Part shown: positions 10,201-19,261 of the stretch, in pieces
How the letters are laid out: every line of letters starts with the position of its first letter
Numbering within the stretch: position 1 is the first letter of the stretch
NCBI GenBank assembly: GCA_044892525.1
Contig: CM097885.1
Span: 13,580,001-13,644,000, forward strand
Direction of reading: 5' to 3'
Source of the DNA: Schmidtea polychroa
Lineage: Eukaryota
Length of the DNA stretch: 64,000 bases
Translations under genes and position numbers: made by a program
The notes under the pieces: model-generated
Seen by the model: the letters and a program-made list of their open reading frames with translations, nothing else
Told to the model about the DNA's origin: nothing
Database searches by the model: none

Positions 10201-11875
10201 TTCTGATAAATGCACAAATTAATATTTTGCTAAATAAACCAGAACCTCTTATATCATGTGGGCAGTGGCCAATTGTCATTGAACGCCCTTTACTTTGTCT
10301 TAGCTCATTAATTTTGAGCACAATGTTATAAGAGAAAGCTTTAGAAAACACATTCAAATCATTGGTCACTGGACTAAGAAAATAATGTTCGTCTGTGTCG
10401 TAATCAATTACCAACAGCAATTCATGGGCCTTGGGAGGAGAAATTATTGCAAAGATTACATTTGCCTTCATCATGTCCTCAATGTTTAAAAAATCATTTA
10501 AGTATTGAGTACAATCATCTGAAATTGCAGCAGACAAAGTTCTGTTTAGGAGAATATAATTATTCGATAATTTTAGGTTCATAAAATATTCATTAATAAT
10601 TTTATCAGTTATTTTACCGTTGATTAAATTAAAGTTGGGAGAAATTTCAATGCACGACTGAGATTTTAATTCACCAAGTGTATCATATACTTTATCATAA
10701 TCCAAGAGTCTTTCAAAGACAAATTTCTCAAAAAACACAATAAAGGAACTTGCGAAGTATTGATTGTCATTAGAGTGAAAGGAAGGATGCGAGATTCGAT
10801 GATCAGCTATGAATTTAATTTTTCGATTAAGACAAAATTGATTGAGATAATCGGTCATCTTTTCACCAATTTCAATCAATCTCTCATCAATATTTCTATA
10901 ATTAAAATCAAAAATGTAGCTACGGTTAAGTTTGCTGGAGTATATGAAAAGACACCAATCTTTAAATTTTGGAATGACACCAAGAATGTGATCGATTCCT
11001 TTAAATTGTTTAAAGGTGACATTGTCGGCTATAAAAGAGTCATTTTGCGCAATTAAATTGGATGTTAAATTGGCAGATAAAACCAAGATTTTAGAATTCT
11101 CTTTATAATATTTACCAATTAGTGATGACACACATGGCGCTTGGTTGTTGAGAATTTTAGTAATGTTTAAATTATTATTTGTAGTTTTAGATTTAGCGAT
11201 AGCCTTCTTGAAATTGATTGTTGCCATATTTAAATTGTTTTTAGCACCTCCAATTAAATTTGGTGCACCATTAACCAAGTGTTTCTGATATCGATGAACA
11301 TTTCGTCTTATTTCTTCAATGAATCCATCAGGAAAGATGTTCCAATCTTTACTGATTATCACTGCATAAGCGCAAGTGAATGGACCACAGTCAAAGTTGT
11401 TATTTTGATATTGAAGATTTGTATGCGGATGATATGACACTGCTATCTTGAGGTTGAAAAATCTATTTAGTGCAATATTCATTTTAAGAGCCATTTGTTT
11501 GTTGATTAGATTATTTCGGTTATTAAAAATTGGATCAATAAAGTAAGATGAATTTGATTTCTTACAGTATACAAAAAGAATCCAATGGGAATTGTTTATA
11601 TTAAGTGGACAAAAAATCATTTCAGCATTGGTAATTGACTGTGGAATTGCAACAATTTCTTCTTGAATATTCGAGCATAGAATATTAACGATGAAGCATT
11701 TGATGTATCCATGCATTGGATTGTCGATATGGTTTTCAAGATACCAATCAATATCATTATCAGAGAACCACATTTCAGGATCAAAATCGTCAATTGGTAA
11801 ATAGTAATTATCTATTGTGCTCTCTGCATCAGTCTCATTAGAGGGAACGGCAGACGCTTGAGCTGATGCAGGCAC
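7280..11875 (-). CDS. ORF2: Ulp1/C48-like cysteine protease, reverse transcriptase, CCHC knuckle and restriction-like endonuclease
   Basis: Protease motifs SHWIL..FIDP..QNNNFDCGPF. RT motifs WRPIAL, LDIKDAFGSV, GVKQGCPIS, YADD, YLGV. Zinc knuckle CRRCx8HxxxxC, RHN, and RLE motif RVDLLI...LVDMKCP. No ATG at the start of the frame (GTG). Confidence 0.96.
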   Translation of the reverse strand: MPASAQASAVPSNETDAESTIDNYYLPIDDFDPEMWFSDNDIDWYLENHIDNPMHGYIKCFIVNILCSNIQEEIVAIPQSITNAEMIFCPLNINNSHWILFVYCKKSNSSYFIDPIFNNRNNLINKQMALKMNIALNRFFNLKIAVSYHPHTNLQYQNNNFDCGPFTCAYAVIISKDWNIFPDGFIEEIRRNVHRYQKHLVNGAPNLIGGAKNNLNMATINFKKAIAKSKTTNNNLNITKILNNQAPCVSSLIGKYYKENSKILVLSANLTSNLIAQNDSFIADNVTFKQFKGIDHILGVIPKFKDWCLFIYSSKLNRSYIFDFNYRNIDERLIEIGEKMTDYLNQFCLNRKIKFIADHRISHPSFHSNDNQYFASSFIVFFEKFVFERLLDYDKVYDTLGELKSQSCIEISPNFNLINGKITDKIINEYFMNLKLSNNYILLNRTLSAAISDDCTQYLNDFLNIEDMMKANVIFAIISPPKAHELLLVIDYDTDEHYFLSPVTNDLNVFSKAFSYNIVLKINELRQSKGRSMTIGHCPHDIRGSGLFSKILICAFIRNYTQDKSLENINLTEISEIINSLVPIVDNNDIVKIERRGKLKIANSLKLTLKQRKDRIDELLTTLSNSNVDEIISTILANIPHLENLQDQEFREPYLGKNHNKPKKFNNSTEFLKNMKKTVNRILGNQSEKAEPPFQEIINTFTHQDTLPGSWNNVLNFSKISKSLLELEITTPMEILSNLQEADNSTPGLDNVYYKDLLLLDPDCKLLALLFNKVIQLKSIPTSWKTFKTILIPKPDKNDQYHKISSWRPIALLSVIYKVFASVLATRLSSWIKENNLLHIGQKGGSEYEGCIEHNSILSAIVEHSKYSKSSPLAIAWLDIKDAFGSVPHEYMWTLLRHMNVGENFVNILKLLYTDTSSFYRCNKMQTPNIPIKKGVKQGCPISMILFAIAINPVLEAITASNITPFMIGSSQVQVLAYADDIALIATSSTDLQKLIGVAVKTANNIGFEYRPEKCAYIQYPKLETVSEIVVNNDLIKKLAGNEFYQYLGVPIGDNNDQSPYEIVSQVIEDTKKIANSDLYGWQKLKAYKIFLHSRLIFPFRTREIKTSSLTSPSSNSRINVNSTSQLRSHLRKILNLPNHSEISYFYNATENGGAGCIDLLDEYHTQSIVYFFRLLTSTCDYSKKINTFSLLSVTSPRLGIKEPTLSQSLEWVNGKESKLNHSGSKTRFYRLRASIAYFNRVHNIKISFETFKQNPSIRLTTSLTGTRILLPKLRKALSKILHSALQDSYLEKWEKSNQSNLIVSALKLCPFVNKLIFRSDLTDFEWNFIHRARTNTLSTFAKPHKTGEDRLCRRCKSEDETILHVLQTCRINQSLATNRHNACLEKIKDALKNPELLVVTDHKCSLVPNSNERVDLLITNTERKTILLVDMKCPIDSVINFERVDKLNMEKYDKLKTDIQTVKPDYKVELFTCIMGSLGSIEPKTSDLLLKMGIPQTKIKGLMKECAISNIAHSAKIWYFHCNGKLPNFE

Positions 11876-11884
11876 ACATCTTCA
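11816..11884 (-). promoter_or_regulatory. Candidate UGA readthrough signal: stop codon, 5-nt spacer, stem-loop
   Basis: Minus strand TGA AGATG TGTGC-CTGCATCAG-CTCA...TGAG-A-CTGATGCAG-AGA-GCACA. The stem is unchanged in all three copies. Confidence 0.65.
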
Positions 11885-14419
11885 TTTGGTCTTCGATGAT
11901 TGTTTTTTTAGTGTCGTAGCTCGCGATTTTGTAGCAGATTTCTTTGTGAGAGGTTCTTCAATAGTCTCTGTAGGGATTGGATTGACTTGACTAGAATTTG
12001 ATTGATCAGTGGAAATGGCGTCAAATAAACAGTTTTCACAAATGTTAACATTCATTCCTTCTCTGGCCAAAATGAATTTTTCAAGGATGTTATTACATTT
12101 CATACAGTTGATTTCTTCTATGACAACGATAGGGTCCAAAACATCATTGTTGGTAGTTGGATTGTCAATATCGCAATTGGTTTCGGCTGTTTCTTTTACA
12201 TTGATTTGGTTAACAATTAATTTTAATTTAGTTATTATTAGAGAAATTTGCTGGCACATCTCTGGAGTGCAATATTTATTACTTGTTTCAAACAGACGGA
12301 ATTTCTGGTTTTTATCCATCAATTTCTTTGTATCTCTCAACAAAAAATAAATAAATCGCTTCGCTTTAACGCCATATGTGTCATCTATTAATTTCTCATT
12401 ATTAATTGTTTCCATTAATTTAGTAAGGATATTATTGTTTTGAAATTTATTGGGAAAGGTTTCGTCAACAAGATCAAGAAAACTATTAACACATGCTATA
12501 GTTTCTGGAGATATTACGTTATGGATCTTTTTAATTTCCCCAGAAATTTTCCATTGTTTTAATTTCAAGAGTTTTTCTTGACAATTTGTATAATAAAAAG
12601 ACGAGTTTGGAATCCTTTGAATAATTTCAGAAGCCCAACTTTCAAAATTTTCAAGCGAGAGAAGAGAAAGATCTTCAAGCGAACAGAGTGAATTTAATAA
12701 ACAACAATTTCGAATATAGTTCACAACATAATCAGAATAAGTTTGATTTTGAGAAAATTTTAAGGATCCAACCAAACCCAAGTAATTTAGATAAAATACT
12801 ATCTCAACAATTTTAAAGTGACAATCTGTTTTAGTCAAAATTGATTTTAATTCAACATCATCTTTTGCCATGTTTATTAGATCAAATAACCCAAGATTAA
12901 ACATTATGTCAGGAAATGAATTGGGTTCTTTGTGTTTAATATCAGATTGAAAGAATTTACCCCCTTCAAAAAAGATATCTTCAGGAAACACATTATCGAT
13001 TTTTAAAGATTCAATCAACTTAATAATTGAAGATGATTTTGAGTCAGGATTCTCAACAAACATAATCTCTTTAAGAGAAGGATAAGATGAGTAGAGAGAT
13101 TTCATCTGGGTACGAGAGAGTTCGGAAAATGTTGATGATGTGAAATCGTTATTTATCTTGGATGTTATATTTGGGTTTGTCAAATCTAACAATATAAACT
13201 CACCCTTTTGATATTTAATTTTTGATTTTACCAGATAATTTGGGAGTTTATCTTGTTTAATCAAAGAAGAAATGATTTTATTAATTTTATTTTCTCTATG
13301 ATTACAATCTGTAATAGAAACTGTTTCAGAAAGCTCAGGCGAAAGATTAAATAAAAATCTTTTAATTGAAGTTGGTGCTGCTATATAATTAGAAAAATTA
13401 GGAAAAGTCTTTACAATATTATGTTCAGACAAAAAAATTTTCTTTTTATAAGAGACAGGTTTAACGGTTGAGTTTTCATTTAAAAAACTACTTATATGAA
13501 ACTCAACACAGAAATTAAAATTCCTATAAAGAAAACATTTAAAATTATCTAAACCTAAAGGATTGGTATTAAATTCCTCCCCAGATAAAACTTTATTTAA
13601 TTTTAAATATTTATTCTTTGATTCCTTAATTTTAGTTAAAGGAATCAAAGTTGGAAACTTATTATAGAGCTGTTTTCGCTCTTTTTTTGTTAAAATACGA
13701 ATAAAAGTCTTAAAATCAAAACTTTTATTACTTATTATCGGTTTGGAAACAAACACTTTAGGATTGTCAAAACGTGTATTATTATTTATTGAAATTTTAA
13801 AATTATCGAAATTTGCACTATCCTTATTTAAATCGTTATTCACATTAATTTTTAGATTTTTATCAGAAGTTGAATTATTAACATTACAAGAATTTTTATT
13901 TAAAGGAAATTTATCAAACTCTATATTAAAATCCTTATTGACAATTGATGAATTATTAAAATTACAATTATCTAAATTTGAAATTTCATTAATTTTATTA
14001 TCTTTAAAATGGAAAAAATCTTTATTTAAAGAAAATTTATTGAAATTATTTAAATTATTAAAGAAACCCTCAAAATTCAAAGATAAACACTCTAACCTTT
14101 CAAGCTTCTTTGAGAATGAAATCTCCATTAAATCCAAACGTTTCTCGAAATTCTGAAACTGATTTTCCGGCTTGTTTGGAAGGACATTGTTCATTGAATT
14201 CTCCATGGAAGGCATATGAAATCCAGCTTTGAATTGACTGAAGAAATCCAAAAGAGCTTGATTTGATTGCAATTGATATTGGAATAATTTCTGAAGTTTC
14301 TTCATATCAATTGCATAATTACATAATCCTTCTGCAGTCGTTGATTGAACTCCAGTGTGCATATCTTGTTGATGCATTGCGTCAGGCGATTGCATCATCT
14401 TGTTTTCTCCGTTAGTCAT
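11882..14419 (-). CDS. ORF1, 845 aa, unknown function (Asn/Lys-rich; CxxC...CxxC motif near the C-terminus)
   Basis: Long ORF conserved in copies 1, 3 and 4. Contains CMKC-x16-CENC and a basic C-terminal tail. The first ATG straddles the tRNA/element junction. Confidence 0.88.
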   Translation of the reverse strand: MTNGENKMMQSPDAMHQQDMHTGVQSTTAEGLCNYAIDMKKLQKLFQYQLQSNQALLDFFSQFKAGFHMPSMENSMNNVLPNKPENQFQNFEKRLDLMEISFSKKLERLECLSLNFEGFFNNLNNFNKFSLNKDFFHFKDNKINEISNLDNCNFNNSSIVNKDFNIEFDKFPLNKNSCNVNNSTSDKNLKINVNNDLNKDSANFDNFKISINNNTRFDNPKVFVSKPIISNKSFDFKTFIRILTKKERKQLYNKFPTLIPLTKIKESKNKYLKLNKVLSGEEFNTNPLGLDNFKCFLYRNFNFCVEFHISSFLNENSTVKPVSYKKKIFLSEHNIVKTFPNFSNYIAAPTSIKRFLFNLSPELSETVSITDCNHRENKINKIISSLIKQDKLPNYLVKSKIKYQKGEFILLDLTNPNITSKINNDFTSSTFSELSRTQMKSLYSSYPSLKEIMFVENPDSKSSSIIKLIESLKIDNVFPEDIFFEGGKFFQSDIKHKEPNSFPDIMFNLGLFDLINMAKDDVELKSILTKTDCHFKIVEIVFYLNYLGLVGSLKFSQNQTYSDYVVNYIRNCCLLNSLCSLEDLSLLSLENFESWASEIIQRIPNSSFYYTNCQEKLLKLKQWKISGEIKKIHNVISPETIACVNSFLDLVDETFPNKFQNNNILTKLMETINNEKLIDDTYGVKAKRFIYFLLRDTKKLMDKNQKFRLFETSNKYCTPEMCQQISLIITKLKLIVNQINVKETAETNCDIDNPTTNNDVLDPIVVIEEINCMKCNNILEKFILAREGMNVNICENCLFDAISTDQSNSSQVNPIPTETIEEPLTKKSATKSRATTLKKQSSKTK

Positions 14420-17400
14420 TAGAAGTCCGACGCGCTATCCATTGCGCCACTGAGACTCTAAAGAAATCCACTCACTTCACTTTATCTACATTGGCATTTA
14501 AAAAATTGTCAATTTGACTCTTGTCAAGTCAAAACAAATTTCTCATGCTTTTGATATTCTTGATAGATTTCGTATGATTGCATTAGAAATTGCTTTGACG
14601 ATTTTTCGTTGTTGAAAACAAAATTTTGTCAAAGACAATTCTGTAAAAATGCATCTCAGGTGGGACTCGAACCCACAACCTCCGGATTAGAAGTCCGACG
14701 CGCTATCCATTGCGCCACTGAGACTCTAAAGAAATCCACTCACTTCACTTTATCTACATTGGCATTTAAAAAATTGTCAATTTGACTCTTGTCAAGTCAA
14801 AACAAATTTCTCATGCTTTTGATATTCTTGATAGATTTCGTATGATTGCATTAGAAATTGCTTTGACGATTTTTCGTTGTTGAAAACAAAATTTTGTCAA
14901 AGACAATTCTGTAAAAATGCATCTCAGGTGGGACTCGAACCCACAACCTCCGGATTAGAAGTCCGACGCGCTATCCATTGCGCCACTGAGACTCTAAAGA
15001 AATCCACTCACTTCACTTTATCTACATTGGCATTTAAAAAATTGTCAATTTGACTCTTGTCAAGTCAAAACAAATTTCTCATGCTTTTGATATTCTTGAT
15101 AGATTTCGTATGATTGCATTAGAAATTGCTTTGACGATTTTTCGTTGTTGAAAACAAAATTTTGTCAAAGACAATTCTGTAAAAATGCATCTCAGGTGGG
15201 ACTCGAACCCACAACCTCCGGATTAGAAGTCCGACGCGCTATCCATTGCGCCACTGAGACTCTAAAGAAATCCACTCACTTCACTTTATCTACATTGGCA
15301 TTTAAAAAATTGTCAATTTGACTCTTGTCAAGTCAAAACAAATTTCTCATGCTTTTGATATTCTTGATAGATTTCGTATGATTGCATTAGAAATTGCTTT
15401 GACGATTTTTCGTTGTTGAAAACAAAATTTTGTCAAAGACAATTCTGTAAAAATGCATCTCAGGTGGGACTCGAACCCACAACCTCCGGATTAGAAGTCC
15501 GACGCGCTATCCATTGCGCCACTGAGACTCTAAAGAAATCCACTCACTTCACTTTATCTACATTGGCATTTAAAAAATTGTCAATTTGACTCTTGTCAAG
15601 TCAAAACAAATTTCTCATGCTTTTGATATTCTTGATAGATTTCGTATGATTGCATTAGAAATTGCTTTGACGATTTTTCGTTGTTGAAAACAAAATTTTG
15701 TCAAAGACAATTCTGTAAAAATGCATCTCAGGTGGGACTCGAACCCACAACCTCCGGATTAGAAGTCCGACGCGCTATCCATTGCGCCACTGAGACTCTA
15801 AAGAAATCCACTCACTTCACTTTATCTACATTGGCATTTAAAAAATTGTCAATTTGACTCTTGTCAAGTCAAAACAAATTTCTCATGCTTTTGATATTCT
15901 TGATAGATTTCGTATGATTGCATTAGAAATTGCTTTGACGATTTTTCGTTGTTGAAAACAAAATTTTGTCAAAGACAATTCTGTAAAAATGCATCTCAGG
16001 TGGGACTCGAACCCACAACCTCCGGATTAGAAGTCCGACGCGCTATCCATTGCGCCACTGAGACTCTAAAGAAATCCACTCACTTCACTTTATCTACATT
16101 GGCATTTAAAAAATTGTCAATTTGACTCTTGTCAAGTCAAAACAAATTTCTCATGCTTTTGATATTCTTGATAGATTTCGTATGATTGCATTAGAAATTG
16201 CTTTGACGATTTTTCGTTGTTGAAAACAAAATTTTGTCAAAGACAATTCTGTAAAAATGCATCTCAGGTGGGACTCGAACCCACAACCTCCGGATTAGAA
16301 GTCCGACGCGCTATCCATTGCGCCACTGAGACTCTAAAGAAATCCACTCACTTCACTTTATCTACATTGGCATTTAAAAAATTGTCAATTTGACTCTTGT
16401 CAAGTCAAAACAAATTTCTCATGCTTTTGATATTCTTGATAGATTTCGTATGATTGCATTAGAAATTGCTTTGACGATTTTTCGTTGTTGAAAACAAAAT
16501 TTTGTCAAAGACAATTCTGTAAAAATGCATCTCAGGTGGGACTCGAACCCACAACCTCCGGATTAGAAGTCCGACGCGCTATCCATTGCGCCACTGAGAC
16601 TCTAAAGAAATCCACTCACTTCACTTTATCTACATTGGAATTTAAAAAATTGTCAATTTGACTCTTGTCAAGTCAAAACAAATTTCTCATGCTTTTGATA
16701 TTCTTGATAGATTTCGTATGATTGCATTAGAAATTGCTTTGACGATTTTTCGTTGTAGAAAACAAAATTTTGTCAAAGACAATTCTGTAAAAATGCATCT
16801 CAGGTGGGACTCGAACCCACAACCTCCGGATTAGAAGTCCGACGCGCTATCCATTGCGCCACTGAGACTCTAAAGAAATCCACTCACTTCACTTTATCTA
16901 CATTGGCATTTAAAAAATTGTCAATTTGACTCTTGTCAAGTCAAAACAAATTTCTCATGCTTTTGATATTCTTGATAGATTTCGTATGATTGCATTAGAA
17001 ATTGCTTTGACGATTTTTCGTTGTTGAAAACAAAATTTTGTCAAAGACAATTCTGTAAAAATGCATCTCAGGTGGGACTCGAACCCACAACCTCCGGATT
17101 AGAAGTCCGACGCGCTATCCATTGCGCCACTGAGACTCTAAAGAAATCCACTCACTTCACTTTATCTACATTGGCATTTAAAAAATTGTCAATTTGACTC
17201 TTGTCAAGTCAAAACAAATTTCTCATGCTTTTGATATTCTTGATAGATTTCGTATGATTGCATTAGAAATTGCTTTGACGATTTTTCGTTGTTGAAAACA
17301 AAATTTTGTCAAAGACAATTCTGTAAAAATGCATCTCAGGTGGGACTCGAACCCACAACCTCCGGATTAGAAGTCCGACGCGCTATCCATTGCGCCACTG

Positions 17401-19261
17401 AGACTCTAAAGAAATCCACTCACTTCACTTTATCTACATTGGCATTTAAAAAATTGTCAATTTGACTCTTGTCAAGTCAAAACAAATTTCTCATGCTTTT
17501 GATATTCTTGATAGATTTCGTATGATTGCATTAGAAATTGCTTTGACGATTTTTCGTTGTTGAAAACAAAATTTTGTCAAAGACAATTCTGTAAAAATGC
17601 ATCTCAGGTGGGACTCGAACCCACAACCTCCGGATTAGAAGTCCGACGCGCTATCCATTGCGCCACTGAGACTCTAAAGAAATCCACTCACTTCACTTTA
17701 TCTACATTGGCATTTAAAAAATTGTCAATTTGACTCTTGTCAAGTCAAAACAAATTTCTCATGCTTTTGATATTCTTGATAGATTTCGTATGATTGCATT
17801 AGAAATTGCTTTGACGATTTTTCGTTGTTGAAAACAAAATTTTGTCAAAGACAATTCTGTAAAAATGCATCTCAGGTGGGACTCGAACCCACAACCTCCG
17901 GATTAGAAGTCCGACGCGCTATCCATTGCGCCACTGAGACTCTAAAGAAATCCACTCACTTCACTTTATCTACATTGGCATTTAAAAAATTGTCAATTTG
18001 ACTCTTGTCAAGTCAAAACAAATTTCTCATGCTTTTGATATTCTTGATAGATTTCGTATGATTGCATTAGAAATTGCTTTGACGATTTTTCGTTGTTGAA
18101 AACAAAATTTTGTCAAAGACAATTCTGTAAAAATGCATCTCAGGTGGGACTCGAACCCACAACCTCCGGATTAGAAGTCCGACGCGCTATCCATTGCGCC
18201 ACTGAGACTCTAAAGAAATCCACTCACTTCACTTTATCTACATTGGCATTTAAAAAATTGTCAATTTGACTCTTGTCAAGTCAAAACAAATTTCTCATGC
18301 TTTTGATATTCTTGATAGATTTCGTATGATTGCATTAGAAATTGCTTTGACGATTTTTCGTTGTTGAAAACAAAATTTTGTCAAAGACAATTCTGTAAAA
18401 ATGCATCTCAGGTGGGACTCGAACCCACAACCTCCGGATTAGAAGTCCGACGCGCTATCCATTGCGCCACTGAGACTCTAAAGAAATCCACTCACTTCAC
18501 TTTATCTACATTGGCATTTAAAAAATTGTCAATTTGACTCTTGTCAAGTCAAAACAAATTTCTCATGCTTTTGATATTCTTGATAGATTTCGTATGATTG
18601 CATTAGAAATTGCTTTGACGATTTTTCGTTGTTGAAAACAAAATTTTGTCAAAGACAATTCTGTAAAAATGCATCTCAGGTGGGACTCGAACCCACAACC
18701 TCCGGATTAGAAGTCCGACGCGCTATCCATTGCGCCACTGAGACTCTAAAGAAATCCACTCACTTCACTTTATCTACATTGGCATTTAAAAAATTGTCAA
18801 TTTGACTCTTGTCAAGTCAAAACAAATTTCTCATGCTTTTGATATTCTTGATAGATTTCGTATGATTGCATTAGAAATTGCTTTGACGATTTTTCGTTGT
18901 TGAAAACAAAATTTTGTCAAAGACAATTCTGTAAAAATGCATCTCAGGTGGGACTCGAACCCACAACCTCCGGATTAGAAGTCCGACGCGCTATCCATTG
19001 CGCCACTGAGACTCTAAAGAAATCCACTCACTTCACTTTATCTACATTGGCATTTAAAAAATTGTCAATTTGACTCTTGTCAAGTCAAAACAAATTTCTC
19101 ATGCTTTTGATATTCTTGATAGATTTCGTATGATTGCATTAGAAATTGCTTTGACGATTTTTCGTTGTTGAAAACAAAATTTTGTCAAAGACAATTCTGT
19201 AAAAATGCATCTCAGGTGGGACTCGAACCCACAACCTCCGGATTAGAAGTCCGACGCGCTA
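14418..19261 (-). tRNA. trnR-UCU: tRNA-Arg(UCU) tandem array block C: 17 complete genes plus interrupted ends
   Basis: Complete genes from 14652 every 268 bp. Fragment nt 1-39 at 14418-14456 and fragment nt 20-73 at 19208-19261. Confidence 0.96.

Larger units (their letters stand above)
6931..14417 (-). mobile_element. Full-length (7487 bp) site-specific RLE non-LTR retrotransposon (NeSL-like), copy 2, inserted in a tRNA-Arg gene
   Basis: Intact ORF1 and ORF2, 349-nt 3' UTR, 20-bp TSD, same orientation as the tRNA. Confidence 0.96.

Noticed and set aside
11882..11884. The UGA as a random inactivating mutation, a selenocysteine codon or an alternative genetic code
   Set aside because: It is shared by three independent insertions. 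I saw no SECIS-like element in the 3' UTR. No other in-frame UGA occurs in about 2370 codons and Trp is encoded by TGG.
8284..14156. Short plus-strand ORFs inside the elements (8284, 8954, 9201, 10760, 12009, 13743 and their paralogues)
   Set aside because: Antisense shadows of ORF1 and ORF2 with no recognisable motifs. They recur only because the element is repeated.
14418..19261. Regular repeats next to a reverse transcriptase, resembling a CRISPR array or retron
   Set aside because: The spacers are identical rather than unique, the repeat is a complete eukaryotic tRNA gene, there are no cas genes, and the RT is non-LTR type.
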